Source: Prorocentrum cordatum (taxonomy: Eukaryota). From it: a stretch of DNA of 64,000 nucleotides. The position numbers and the translations under genes are program-made. The notes beneath the pieces were generated by a model. The model was not told where the DNA came from. It worked only from the letters and a program-made list of their open reading frames with translations, and ran no database searches. The DNA lies in assembly GCA_963575745.1 (NCBI GenBank), contig CAUYUJ010000196.1, positions 1 through 64,000 on the forward strand. The letters run 5' to 3'. Shown one piece after another: positions 1-8,917 of this stretch (the stretch's first letter is position 1; every line of letters begins with the position of its first letter).

Positions 1-2010
1 GCTCCAGGCCCGTCGCTTCGCGTCCACCGGGGTCCTCCGATAGTGACACGCACAGCCAGCGGGTCCGTGGGGCCCCAGTGGGGTCCTTGGGGTGGTCCCC
101 GTCGTCCGGGCCCCATCGGTCACCGACATCCCACGGCGCTAGCAGCGCCGACCCACCGAGGCTCTCCCAGGCCTCCCCAAAGGGGGGCCACGCGGTTCCC
201 ACCTCCAGCAGCCGCGCCCCCTCGACCTGCAGGGGGGCGTAGCGTGGTAGAGCCTCCCGGGCTCCTTTGACTTGGAGTGCAGCCGCGCGCCAGGGCCCGT
301 CGTCTCCTGGCATCCGCAGCTCGCGCTGGGCGGCCTCCTCCACCAGCTCGCCCCACGGGGCTGCCGGCGACAGCTCGGTCCATCCGGCCTCCGCCATCCG
401 CTGGCGTACCTCCTCCACCGTGGCACGAGTAATGAAGTCGGCCAGCTCGTTGTGGTAAGTCCGTAAGTAAAGACCGTCCAGGACCCGGAACTTGTACCGT
501 AGCTCCAGCATGGCCAGGACTCGAAGCAGGTGGCGCGCCACCGCGTTCCGTGCCCGGCGGCGTCGCAGCCAGCGGCTGACATTACTGTTGTCAGTGACGT
601 ACGGCAATAGCAGCTGGAACCAGTCCGGGCCCTTCTCGGCCGCCAAGGCTATCCGGCAGAGGAGTTCGACCACCGCGATGATCTCCCCCTCCCCCTGCCA
701 GGTGACCCCAGGGGCGGAGCGGAGCGTCTCCAGATAGGGAGCCGCCTCCGCCACGATGTACTCGCGCGAGGACCAGTCCAGCGCACCGATCCGATCCAGG
801 GTGGCATCGCCTCCCAGCCAGCGCAACTTGCCGAGCGCCCCCGGGAGTGCGAGGGCCTCGCGAAGGCCTAGCAGGCCCTCGAAGGAGGTCTCGAAGTTAC
901 CCTCGACCGGCATCTCAAAGCAGACGCGCAGCAAATCCAGGGTCTGGTGCCAATCGTCCCACGCAGCCTCTACCATCTCGGGGTCGCCCGGCGGATGGAC
1001 GTAGGCCTGACCTGGGTCACCCGACAGCATCCGGTGGACCGCTGGGAGCTCCAGGCTCAGGGCTGGAGCTGCGCAAGCGCAGAACTGGCCGAGCCCACTT
1101 AGCTCCCTCGCGGTTCGCAGCCGGACCATGCGGCAGCCGAAGCTCAGCTCCGGCTCCGCCAGTAGGAAGCGCATCTTCATGGCCTTGGGCTCCGGGAGTC
1201 CAACTCGCTCGCGCTCGAAGTCCATACTGAGCCCCCAGATAATCTGCGTGGTGGAAGGCTCCCCCTCGGCGTCCCTCTTGCTGACGTTCACTGCTTCGGA
1301 CCCAAACACCTCACGTATGGAGGCATCCAATGCGTCGCAGGCCATCCACGGTCGGACCCCAATGTCGGGCTCCACCACCACGGGGTCATCCATGAGCCAC
1401 TCCGAGTGGAAGTGGGTGGTGTCGTGCCAGTGCGGCTCCCCAGGTCGATAGCTCTCGTGGAGCTCCCTCGCCGCCAGGGCGAGCATCATGTAATTGCCTG
1501 GGGCTCCCGTCCACCCGAACACCATGGCTAGGTAAACGACTCTGACGTCCCCCTCGATGCCAGCGTGGGCCCCCGGTAGTGAGGTGCCGAAGTCCCCGAC
1601 GTCCGCCGGGGCGATGTCCAACCACTTGAAGGCCCGCGAGACGTCCCGCTTGGCGCAGAGGAGGCGCGCTCCGGGGTGGCGCGCGCGATGCCATACCGCC
1701 GTCCTCGCCACTTGCCGATGGCTTGGCTGGACGGCAGGCGGGTGGTCGCGCTTGTGTGTGGCGGCGTTGGCCGAGAGCATCGCGTGGATCATACGCCCTT
1801 CGGACGATAAGGTTCTGTCCGGTAGCTGCTTCGGTACCCTCCCCAGGGGGGCTTCCACCAGCTCCGTCAGAAAACCCTCTGCCGCCTGGGACGCCACCAG
1901 GACGATCCCCCAGGTCACATCCGCCCATACCTTCTGGTAGGCCTCGTCGATGTGGGCTCGCACGCTGGGGTGCGGCTGGGCTCGCTCGCGCCTCCGCGGC
2001 GCGCCCGCCG
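1..2010 (-). CDS. Reverse transcriptase + RNase H (DIRS-type), partial; absent from the ORF track, probably because it runs off the window
   Basis: Hand translation gives an open frame from ~2010 to base 1. RT motifs: KRDVSRAFKWL, YLAMVFGWTGAPGNY, EWLMDDPVVV, IIWGLSMD. RNase H motifs: WLGGDATL, IIAVVELL, YVTDNSNV, YHNELADFITR. It joins the upstream MTase ORF via a frameshift near 2005. Confidence 0.9.
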
Positions 2011-3384
2011 CGCGGAGGCTCCCCCTTCCGCTAGCTCCCGGACGTACTCGAAGTGCTCTCGGCTTAAACACCGTCGCACCTTGTCCCCCAGGACGCCCCG
2101 AAGGGGGTTGCCTAGGCGCTCGTGGCGCGCGCGCCTAAGCAGCGCGGCCGCTTCCTTCAGGGACCCCGTCCGCTGGAGGAGCTGATCCCCCAGCCCTACC
2201 AGGGTCCGCATGGCTTCGGGGTCATACTCAGGGTGCTCCGTGCAGAAGGTCAGGTAGACCGTGGCCAGCTCCGCCGGGCTGCACCCGTCGAGGTCCTCCG
2301 CGATATCTCTGGCCGGATCCTCGCAAGGGGGTCGAGTCTTGCCCGCACTCCCCTCCCCCTGTGCCTTGCCCAATGGGGGCTTAGGAAGCCCCGCCAATGC
2401 TCGGTGCATGGCTGGGCTAAGCCTACCGCATTTTGAGCCGTCCCCTGAGGCCTGCAGGCGCTCGATTCCAGTGAAGTCGACGCCCTGCAGGCGCCCGGGC
2501 GCCTCCGCCCGGGCGATTTTGGGGGACGCCCCCGGGCCATCCTCCCATATAGGCGCCAACTGCCGACGCAGTTGGCTCACCGACCAGCGGTGATAGGCCC
2601 CTTTCAACACCTTTGCCCACGCGGCGCAAAGGCGGGGGGCCCAAACCTGCGCCTCCTTGGTGCGCTTAATGCCCGAGCCCGGCACGTGATCCTTCAGCTC
2701 GACGTGGTGGTGGTCACGGGGGCAACGTCGCGCCAACAACAGAGCGTGCAGGTACAGCCGGGGGCTGACGAGCCACCAGCTGCCCTTGCGATAGCGGCTC
2801 TCTGGCGCGTCGGACGGGGCCTTACCCCAGGCGCACATGTGGATCGGGACGATCATGGCCCCCGTCGCTCGACGCAGCTCGTGCATCGGGGCCTGGTCCC
2901 AAAACTTGGGGTAGCGGCCCGAGGGGCAGGAGGACTCGATGAGAAACTCCTTGCCAGCGTCGTGTAGGATGCGGCAGGTGTCGCACGTGAACTGTGTGTG
3001 GCTGTTACCCACGCGCTCGAACTCTTTGGAGCCATCCCCCTCGGGGTGCTCCCACGTGCGGGTGCCCTGCGGGGTCCCGCCCGGCTGGGTCATGAGCCCG
3101 ATGTCGGTGTACGAGCCACACGGGGTACCCCAGCACCAAACGTTGGCCACGTCGGGGCCCATGGGGGTCCGTGCGGCCTCCTGTAGGCGTGCGCGAACCG
3201 CTGGGTCGAGGGTGTCATGATCCGGCCGTGGGCCGGATTCTCGGAGGGGGTCGTCGTAATATTCGATCGGCTCCAGCACCCGGATGCCCTCGGCGCGAAG
3301 CGCGGCCGACCAATTTCCCGAACCGGCGTACACCTCCTGGGCGATCAAAACGTACGCGAACGCGGGGTCGTGTCGAATTGGCAT
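1915..3384 (-). CDS. C5 cytosine DNA methyltransferase domain of the DIRS-like element, plus linker to RT
   Basis: Motif I QEVYAGSGNWSAAL, motif IV WGTPCGSY, motif VI LIESS, motif VIII MCAWG...YRKGSWWL and motif X-like AQVWAPRLCAAWA, in canonical order. Confidence 0.8.
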   Translation of the reverse strand: MPIRHDPAFAYVLIAQEVYAGSGNWSAALRAEGIRVLEPIEYYDDPLRESGPRPDHDTLDPAVRARLQEAARTPMGPDVANVWCWGTPCGSYTDIGLMTQPGGTPQGTRTWEHPEGDGSKEFERVGNSHTQFTCDTCRILHDAGKEFLIESSCPSGRYPKFWDQAPMHELRRATGAMIVPIHMCAWGKAPSDAPESRYRKGSWWLVSPRLYLHALLLARRCPRDHHHVELKDHVPGSGIKRTKEAQVWAPRLCAAWAKVLKGAYHRWSVSQLRRQLAPIWEDGPGASPKIARAEAPGRLQGVDFTGIERLQASGDGSKCGRLSPAMHRALAGLPKPPLGKAQGEGSAGKTRPPCEDPARDIAEDLDGCSPAELATVYLTFCTEHPEYDPEAMRTLVGLGDQLLQRTGSLKEAAALLRRARHERLGNPLRGVLGDKVRRCLSREHFEYVRELAEGGASARRARRGGASEPSRTPACEPTSTRPTRRYGRM

Positions 3385-3685
3385 CGCGTTCGCCTCCAGG
3401 AGGCGTGCCTGGACGTCGGCTGGATGTTCCCCGAACGAGGCTGGCGCGCGTCCACTGCGCGGCCCGCCCGACCTTCCGCTGCCTTGCAGTGGGTGCAGGG
3501 TGCGCTCTTGCCCGGGACGGTGGGTTCAACGTCCGGGCCTTCATCGAGCATCTCGCGCCAGCCGACACTTACGATCTCGCGGGACAGGCGTCCTGCGTGC
3601 CCCCAGCGCTGGCCTAGGGCCGCCGCCTCCGCGTGGGAGCGTGGGCGCAAGGCGCGCATATGGCCACGCCAGATCAGGAGCGAAA

Positions 3686-6600
3686 TTACGTGATCCTCCG
3701 CGCCGTCCCCGTCCCCATTAGGTGGTCCACGCATAGGCGCCCACTGCCGTTGACACGGTGCACCTGGAGCGTGACGGCGTCGAGGTCGGCGACGGGGCAT
3801 GCTGCCAGGCAGCGATAGTCCTTGTCGTGATGCGGGTGCACCGCATCGTGGACGTAGGAGCGGACATCGGCCTCCAGGGCCGTGATCCACGGTGGGGAGT
3901 CGCCCAGGGCACGCAGGGCCTCATGGGCCTCCTCCCATAGTGCATGGCGATACGTCGCGGCCAACTGCTGCACCGCGCCCGGGCTGGGCTCACCTGTGCC
4001 CTCGCCCGCGCGTAGCAGGAGCACCCCCGCAGCTACGTGCAGTAGCAGGCACTGCCGCTCCTCGGTGTCGCCCACCTCCAGGCCCATCGCCTGGCCCATC
4101 TCCTCTGTAGGGCCGAGGCGGTCCCGATAATCGATGAAGTCCCACTGGATGCGGGTGTCCCCGTCCCAGAAGGTATAGGACCCGCGGCCTATCAGCCCGT
4201 CGGTGTCCCACGCAACCGGGCCAACCTCAGCCCCGCCCTCGGTGACGTATCCTGCGGCGCAGCTAAGCGCCTCATGCAGGTCGGCTGCCTCGCTGCTGAG
4301 ACCCCGATGGCCTCGGTCCACGGCTTCCACCTGCTGGTAGTAGGCGTTCGGGTCCCCGAGGTCGAACGTTCGGGGCAAATCGTAGCCGTTCTCCGGCATG
4401 AGTAGGATGTACTTGATGTCCTCCCTCCTCGGGTTCTCGGTGTCGAGCTCTCGGCATAGCCGACGCCTCAGCTCCCGTAACTCCTCGACCCAGGTGCTTC
4501 GGAGCTCTTCCCACAGATCCTTGACCCAATGGTCTGGGAACTCCGAGGGGTCCCTCTCGAAGGCCGCCTCCAAGAACCCTAACGATCGCCGACGCTCCGC
4601 CCGGTGTGCGACCCCGATGATGGACTCGAACATCTGGATCTCGCACCGGGCCCTCTTGAACCAGGTCGCCATGTGGGTGGCGGGCCGTTGGCGGGGCTCC
4701 AGCTTGTCGTCCACAGGGAGCCGATAGCCATCGAAGTCCTCGTCACGCGCGGGGACGCAGTCGTCCACCGCCAGGTCGTGAGGGCCCGTCCCGAAGGCGA
4801 GCGCCGCGTAGCCGTGTGCCACACGGTTAGTAACCAGGCAGGGAAACCCGATCGTATTGAGCGTGCTCTTGGAGTGCGCACACATGCGCTTGAGAGAGTC
4901 GAACAAGTCCTTCCCCGTGATCCCCTCGCAGGCCTCAACCACGAAGGTGTTGCATCCCCGGGCTATGTAAAGATCAAGTTCCTCGTCCCGACCGATCCCT
5001 GCCCTAGTGCCCCGGGCCTTCTTGTCGCCCTCGGTGGCCCGCGCCTGCCGCTCGGCGGCGAGGACGTGGCGTTCGGTGAGGCGGTTCTGACGATCCAGGC
5101 GCTCGATGATCTGGGCTTCGGCCTCGGCTGTAAGCCCGCCCAGGGCGCCCGCCGCCCCGGCGTCGTCTGGACCCCCAGCTCGCCCCCCACCCAGGCCGCC
5201 CCCGTGGGGCGTCTGGCCAGTGAGGTGGCCAAGGACCGAGGCCCCGTCGAGGAGCGGATTGGCCCCACGAGCGGCCCCCCCGCGTCCATCGCGTGCCAGC
5301 AGGTCCCGATCACCCAGCCAGCCCCGTCGTGGGCCCGTGGGTTGGATGGGGGGCATGGCACCGAAGAGCTCGCGTCGGGGTCCCTGCTTCGGGCTGGGAT
5401 CCCGTCCCCGCGCCGAGCGACTCCGCGACCCCTCACGTGAGAGGCTCCCCTGCAGGGGAACCTTGTCGGCGGCCGCAGCACTCTCCCGCGCGCGCGCTTC
5501 CAGCTGCGCATCCTCCAAATCCGCGAGGGCGCGCTCTAGGTCGGACCCCAGTGGGCCCGCCGCTGCCACCTGTGCGACCCTCCGCCGCAGCTGCCGCTCC
5601 GCCTGATCAAGCGGAACCCCGAGCAGGTCCGCGGCCATACCTAATGCACTGAGGGCCGCCGCTTGGCCCCCCCGTCCTTTGAGATCCTCGGCTCGCAAGG
5701 AATCCATGAACATTTCGAGTGGGTCGGGCTCCTCAGCATCCTCGCTCACGCCGGCGGCGGCCGCCGCTAAGCGCGACGGTGCCGCCACGGGGGCTGGACG
5801 GGGTAAGCCCTCCATCCCGGGCGCAGGCTGCGCCCCCTGCGCGCCGCCCCGCCGATGGTGGCCGAGTGTGCGCACCGGGTCGTGCTGCAGCTGCTGGCGC
5901 TCCGTGTTCGTCAGGTAGCGCCGCCTCCAGCCGCTCGCGCTTTCCACGTCCACACCGCCCCACTGCTCCCGGCGTAACATCGCCAGCAGATCCTGCGGGA
6001 TGTGGTGGGCGATGACACGCAACCCCGCTTCCCGAGCCCCTTGGGGGACCTCGTACAGCAGCCGATTGATCCAATCTATCGGGTAGCGCCCGTCCTCCAG
6101 CGGAGGGGGGTGCCGTGCGACCTCGCTGGCTGGGACCTCCACCCTGACGCCCTCGAGGCTAGTCCCGATGATAAGTCGAGCGTCCCCGCCAGTGCCCCGT
6201 GCGTCGAGCCCCTCGCATTCTCCCAATAGAATAAACCAAGGACTCGCCGGAGGCGCGCCGTACGCCTCCTCGGCTCCCCGAGGGTCGCCCGGAAGAATCG
6301 GGCAGACCTTCACGAGTAGGGGCTCCTGAAGCCACCCGTGATGGGCGATCCGATCGCCCGGGGCTCCGCGGTCGGCAGACCGTGAGCGTCCGCTGGCCCT
6401 TGCTTCCGCGGAGCGTGTGCGACGCGGCTGCGGCCCAGAGGTTAGGGCCTGCGCCCCCGTGGGCTCCACATCGACAGATGGGGCCACGGCGGGCGGTGGC
6501 GGTGCAGCGGGGGGAGGTAGAGGCGGGGGGTAGACCGGCCCGGGCGCTATGCCAACCCCATCGGCAGCGTGCGCGGTCCAATCGCGCGCCCTGGCGGGGC

Positions 6601-7690
6601 TTGGAGCCCGCGCCCGCATGCGGCGGCGCAGGCCCCCGAGAATCCCAGGTTGGACCGTCGCTTCGACGCGCACGGTGTGACCCTCGTCCCGTCGGAGATG
6701 TTCCCCGCACATCGGGGCCCCCCCGCAGCTACCCGTCGCCATGCGGAGACAAGTGGGGAGGCTGCACTTGCGGCCGATCAGGGTAGACCGATACTTCTGC
6801 GCATGGTGGGCGCAGAGGTGCACCTGTGCATTGAGACAATGCCCCGGCCGGGGAACATCCGACACCTCCGCGTCCTCCTGTAGCAGGACAGTAGCCTCCT
6901 GCATCCCTCGGTCGCCGCACCCCTCCGGCTGGAGGGGGCGTGCGCCACCCGCGAGCTGCACCCCAACTTGTGCGGCTTGGCAGGGGCGCTCCTCCGCCTC
7001 CACCTCGCTCTCCGAATCGATGTCCAGGCGGCGATAGCCCGTGGCGTCGGTGATGTAGCGGGGCTCCGGCCGGCCCCGGCACAGCCATCCGAGAACCGAC
7101 CAGGGTGAGCAAAGCAGCCACTTGACGACCCCGAATACCTTCCGGAGTCCCACGCCGACTGCCCGGCAGGCCGTGGCCCTTCCGTGCTCAGCCAAGTCCA
7201 CGATCTGTGCGTGGTCAATGGCCGCGTACTGGTCGACGTGCATGGGATGCGCCACTGGACAGGAGGCGCACTCGACGGCACGACATAGATGCACATTCCC
7301 TGTCTCCTCGAGGTTCAGCCGCCACTTGCGACTGGTGCACCCCAGGACCTGCCCGATCTTGATGTTGAGCCCGTGGCGATCCAGTCGGTACCGGTCCGCG
7401 AAGTTGCAGCTGATGCGGGCCACCTGCCCGTGCTTACGCAGAAGCACGTGGTTGTACGCCCGATTGGTCCCTCGGCCGCGGACCCCCTTTGTGTAGAACT
7501 CCGTCTCCACCACGCCGCCCAACCATCGCCTCCGCGTCGCTGGCAGCACCGGGTAATCTGGTACCACGCCCAGCGGAGTCCCCCGGCAGCCCACAGCATA
7601 GGCTGGGCTGCGGTGTTGATGATGATGGCCAGGGCACCCAACACGAACGTGAAGATGCCTAGGGCAAAGCATAGGACCGCGGTCTCCCAC
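3686..7690 (-). CDS. Large Gag-like/unknown ORF of the DIRS-like element (Cys/His clusters); continues by frameshifts through 3345-3890 toward the MTase
   Basis: 1334-aa ORF, colinear with and upstream of MTase-RT. Cys/His clusters include VHLCRAVECASCPVAH and LCAHHAQKY...CSLPTC...MCGEH. Confidence 0.6.
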   Translation of the reverse strand: MGDRGPMLCPRHLHVRVGCPGHHHQHRSPAYAVGCRGTPLGVVPDYPVLPATRRRWLGGVVETEFYTKGVRGRGTNRAYNHVLLRKHGQVARISCNFADRYRLDRHGLNIKIGQVLGCTSRKWRLNLEETGNVHLCRAVECASCPVAHPMHVDQYAAIDHAQIVDLAEHGRATACRAVGVGLRKVFGVVKWLLCSPWSVLGWLCRGRPEPRYITDATGYRRLDIDSESEVEAEERPCQAAQVGVQLAGGARPLQPEGCGDRGMQEATVLLQEDAEVSDVPRPGHCLNAQVHLCAHHAQKYRSTLIGRKCSLPTCLRMATGSCGGAPMCGEHLRRDEGHTVRVEATVQPGILGGLRRRMRARAPSPARARDWTAHAADGVGIAPGPVYPPPLPPPAAPPPPAVAPSVDVEPTGAQALTSGPQPRRTRSAEARASGRSRSADRGAPGDRIAHHGWLQEPLLVKVCPILPGDPRGAEEAYGAPPASPWFILLGECEGLDARGTGGDARLIIGTSLEGVRVEVPASEVARHPPPLEDGRYPIDWINRLLYEVPQGAREAGLRVIAHHIPQDLLAMLRREQWGGVDVESASGWRRRYLTNTERQQLQHDPVRTLGHHRRGGAQGAQPAPGMEGLPRPAPVAAPSRLAAAAAGVSEDAEEPDPLEMFMDSLRAEDLKGRGGQAAALSALGMAADLLGVPLDQAERQLRRRVAQVAAAGPLGSDLERALADLEDAQLEARARESAAAADKVPLQGSLSREGSRSRSARGRDPSPKQGPRRELFGAMPPIQPTGPRRGWLGDRDLLARDGRGGAARGANPLLDGASVLGHLTGQTPHGGGLGGGRAGGPDDAGAAGALGGLTAEAEAQIIERLDRQNRLTERHVLAAERQARATEGDKKARGTRAGIGRDEELDLYIARGCNTFVVEACEGITGKDLFDSLKRMCAHSKSTLNTIGFPCLVTNRVAHGYAALAFGTGPHDLAVDDCVPARDEDFDGYRLPVDDKLEPRQRPATHMATWFKRARCEIQMFESIIGVAHRAERRRSLGFLEAAFERDPSEFPDHWVKDLWEELRSTWVEELRELRRRLCRELDTENPRREDIKYILLMPENGYDLPRTFDLGDPNAYYQQVEAVDRGHRGLSSEAADLHEALSCAAGYVTEGGAEVGPVAWDTDGLIGRGSYTFWDGDTRIQWDFIDYRDRLGPTEEMGQAMGLEVGDTEERQCLLLHVAAGVLLLRAGEGTGEPSPGAVQQLAATYRHALWEEAHEALRALGDSPPWITALEADVRSYVHDAVHPHHDKDYRCLAACPVADLDAVTLQVHRVNGSGRLCVDHLMGTGTARRIT

Positions 7691-8415
7691 CAGTACCCAA
7701 GCATCTTAACGCCCAGGCGGTCGACGGCGGATCCAATCCATCCGCCACTCGTGCGGATCGTGCCCGGGTGGTCGGGGGAGCTTACCCACGCTCCGTAGCC
7801 CACGAACTCGAAGACCCAGGCTGCGAAGCCCCAACCGGGACCCGGCCCCGCCTCCGGGGGCGGGGTAGGTGGCGGCGGCGGCGGTGGGGGCACGTTCCGG
7901 CCAGCCCACCAATGGGGCAGGTGCGGGACCCAACCACTCCACCCCCAATACCCGTCCAGCCCACGCGGCAGGTCAGGCTCACCATCGCCCGTCCGGTTTC
8001 CCGGGGCGGACGGCTGCCCAGGCGCGCCCGTGGGCTCGTTGTTACCTCCGTATGCCGGCGTAGCTGGGCTGCCTGTGGGCTCGCCCTCGCCTACGCGCCC
8101 GATGCCCGCGGTCGTGGTCGTTGTAGTCGACCCTGACCGCGGCGGCGGTGGGACGCCCGGCGCCCCCGGGGGCTTGGCCTGCGGCCCTCGCCCCTTTCCC
8201 CCTGCAGGCGCGGGCTTGGCGGGCGGTCCTCGCCCCTTGCCTCGCCCCCCACCGCCTGCCGGCTGCGCTGTCGGCCCGGGCAGGGCTGGCGGCGTCGGCG
8301 CTGGGACCTCCTGTCCCCCGCGCCCGAACGGCAGCCAGCCAAGTGCCCCTTGGACCGTGAGAGCGCCGCCCGTAACCAAGATCATCAGGTGCGCCCCCAG
8401 GAAGCCCACAGCCAT
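7315..8415 (-). CDS. N-terminal ORF of the DIRS-like element, with hydrophobic segments; probably frameshifts into the 1334-aa ORF near 7510
   Basis: ATG about 110 nt downstream of an SL-like relic. Hydrophobic N-terminus, Pro/Gly-rich linker, and a TM-like segment AVLCFALGIFTFVLGALAIII. Confidence 0.5.
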   Translation of the reverse strand: MAVGFLGAHLMILVTGGALTVQGALGWLPFGRGGQEVPAPTPPALPGPTAQPAGGGGRGKGRGPPAKPAPAGGKGRGPQAKPPGAPGVPPPPRSGSTTTTTTAGIGRVGEGEPTGSPATPAYGGNNEPTGAPGQPSAPGNRTGDGEPDLPRGLDGYWGWSGWVPHLPHWWAGRNVPPPPPPPPTPPPEAGPGPGWGFAAWVFEFVGYGAWVSSPDHPGTIRTSGGWIGSAVDRLGVKMLGYWWETAVLCFALGIFTFVLGALAIIINTAAQPMLWAAGGLRWAWYQITRCCQRRGGDGWAAWWRRSSTQRGSAAEGPIGRTTTCFCVSTGRWPASAATSRTGTDWIATGSTSRSGRSWGAPVASGG

Positions 8416-8520
8416 GGCACCACAGGCGCGCTACCTAGTCCGCGGACTAGCACGGCTGTGGTTATGGCCGCCCCGCGGCCCCCTGGAACACCCGCGCGTC
8501 GGCCAGAGCCGAACGCTACG

Positions 8521-8545
8521 GACCCAAAATGGCTACCTGAGCCCA
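8521..8545 (-). other. Dinoflagellate spliced-leader relic
   Basis: Minus strand reads TGGGCTCAG-GTAGCCATTTTGGGTC. GTAGCCATTTTGG is a 13-nt exact match to the DinoSL (DCCGTAGCCATTTTGGCTCAAG). Confidence 0.65.
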
Positions 8546-8917
8546 CACCCCCTCCCACTTAACCTGCAGTCTACAACCAATCAGACTATGCAAGGTCCTC
8601 CTGGGGCCCGCCCGGCCTAGCCCTGAGTTCGAGAGCTCGCCGGACTTGCTTGGGCAGCGCGACCCCGTGGTCGTCGTTGAAATTATCCCCGCCCTGCCAC
8701 TCGATTCCCTCGAAATCGCCTTTCGAGCTGCGTCCCTCCACTGGCGACTGTGGTCCGACGACCGAAGCAAACGCGAGAAACGTCGGAATCGAGTGACCAT
8801 CTCTGACTTGGATGGATGCTGGAGATAATGATGATGCCTTTTGCGCTGCACCACTGCAGCCAACAGAGGCAGCTCGGCCACGCTGAGTGGCGGCAGCCCG
8901 AATCATGCATGAGCCCG

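Larger units (their letters stand above)
1..8590 (-). mobile_element. DIRS-like (tyrosine-recombinase class) retrotransposon carrying a DNA methyltransferase; 3' part lies outside the window; several frameshifts
   Basis: Minus-strand order: Gag-like ORFs, C5-MTase, then DIRS-type RT and RNase H motifs. The YR domain is not in the window, so the class is inferred from RT/RH motif style. The 5' boundary is approximate, placed where the neighbouring LTR element's frame stops. Confidence 0.75.
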
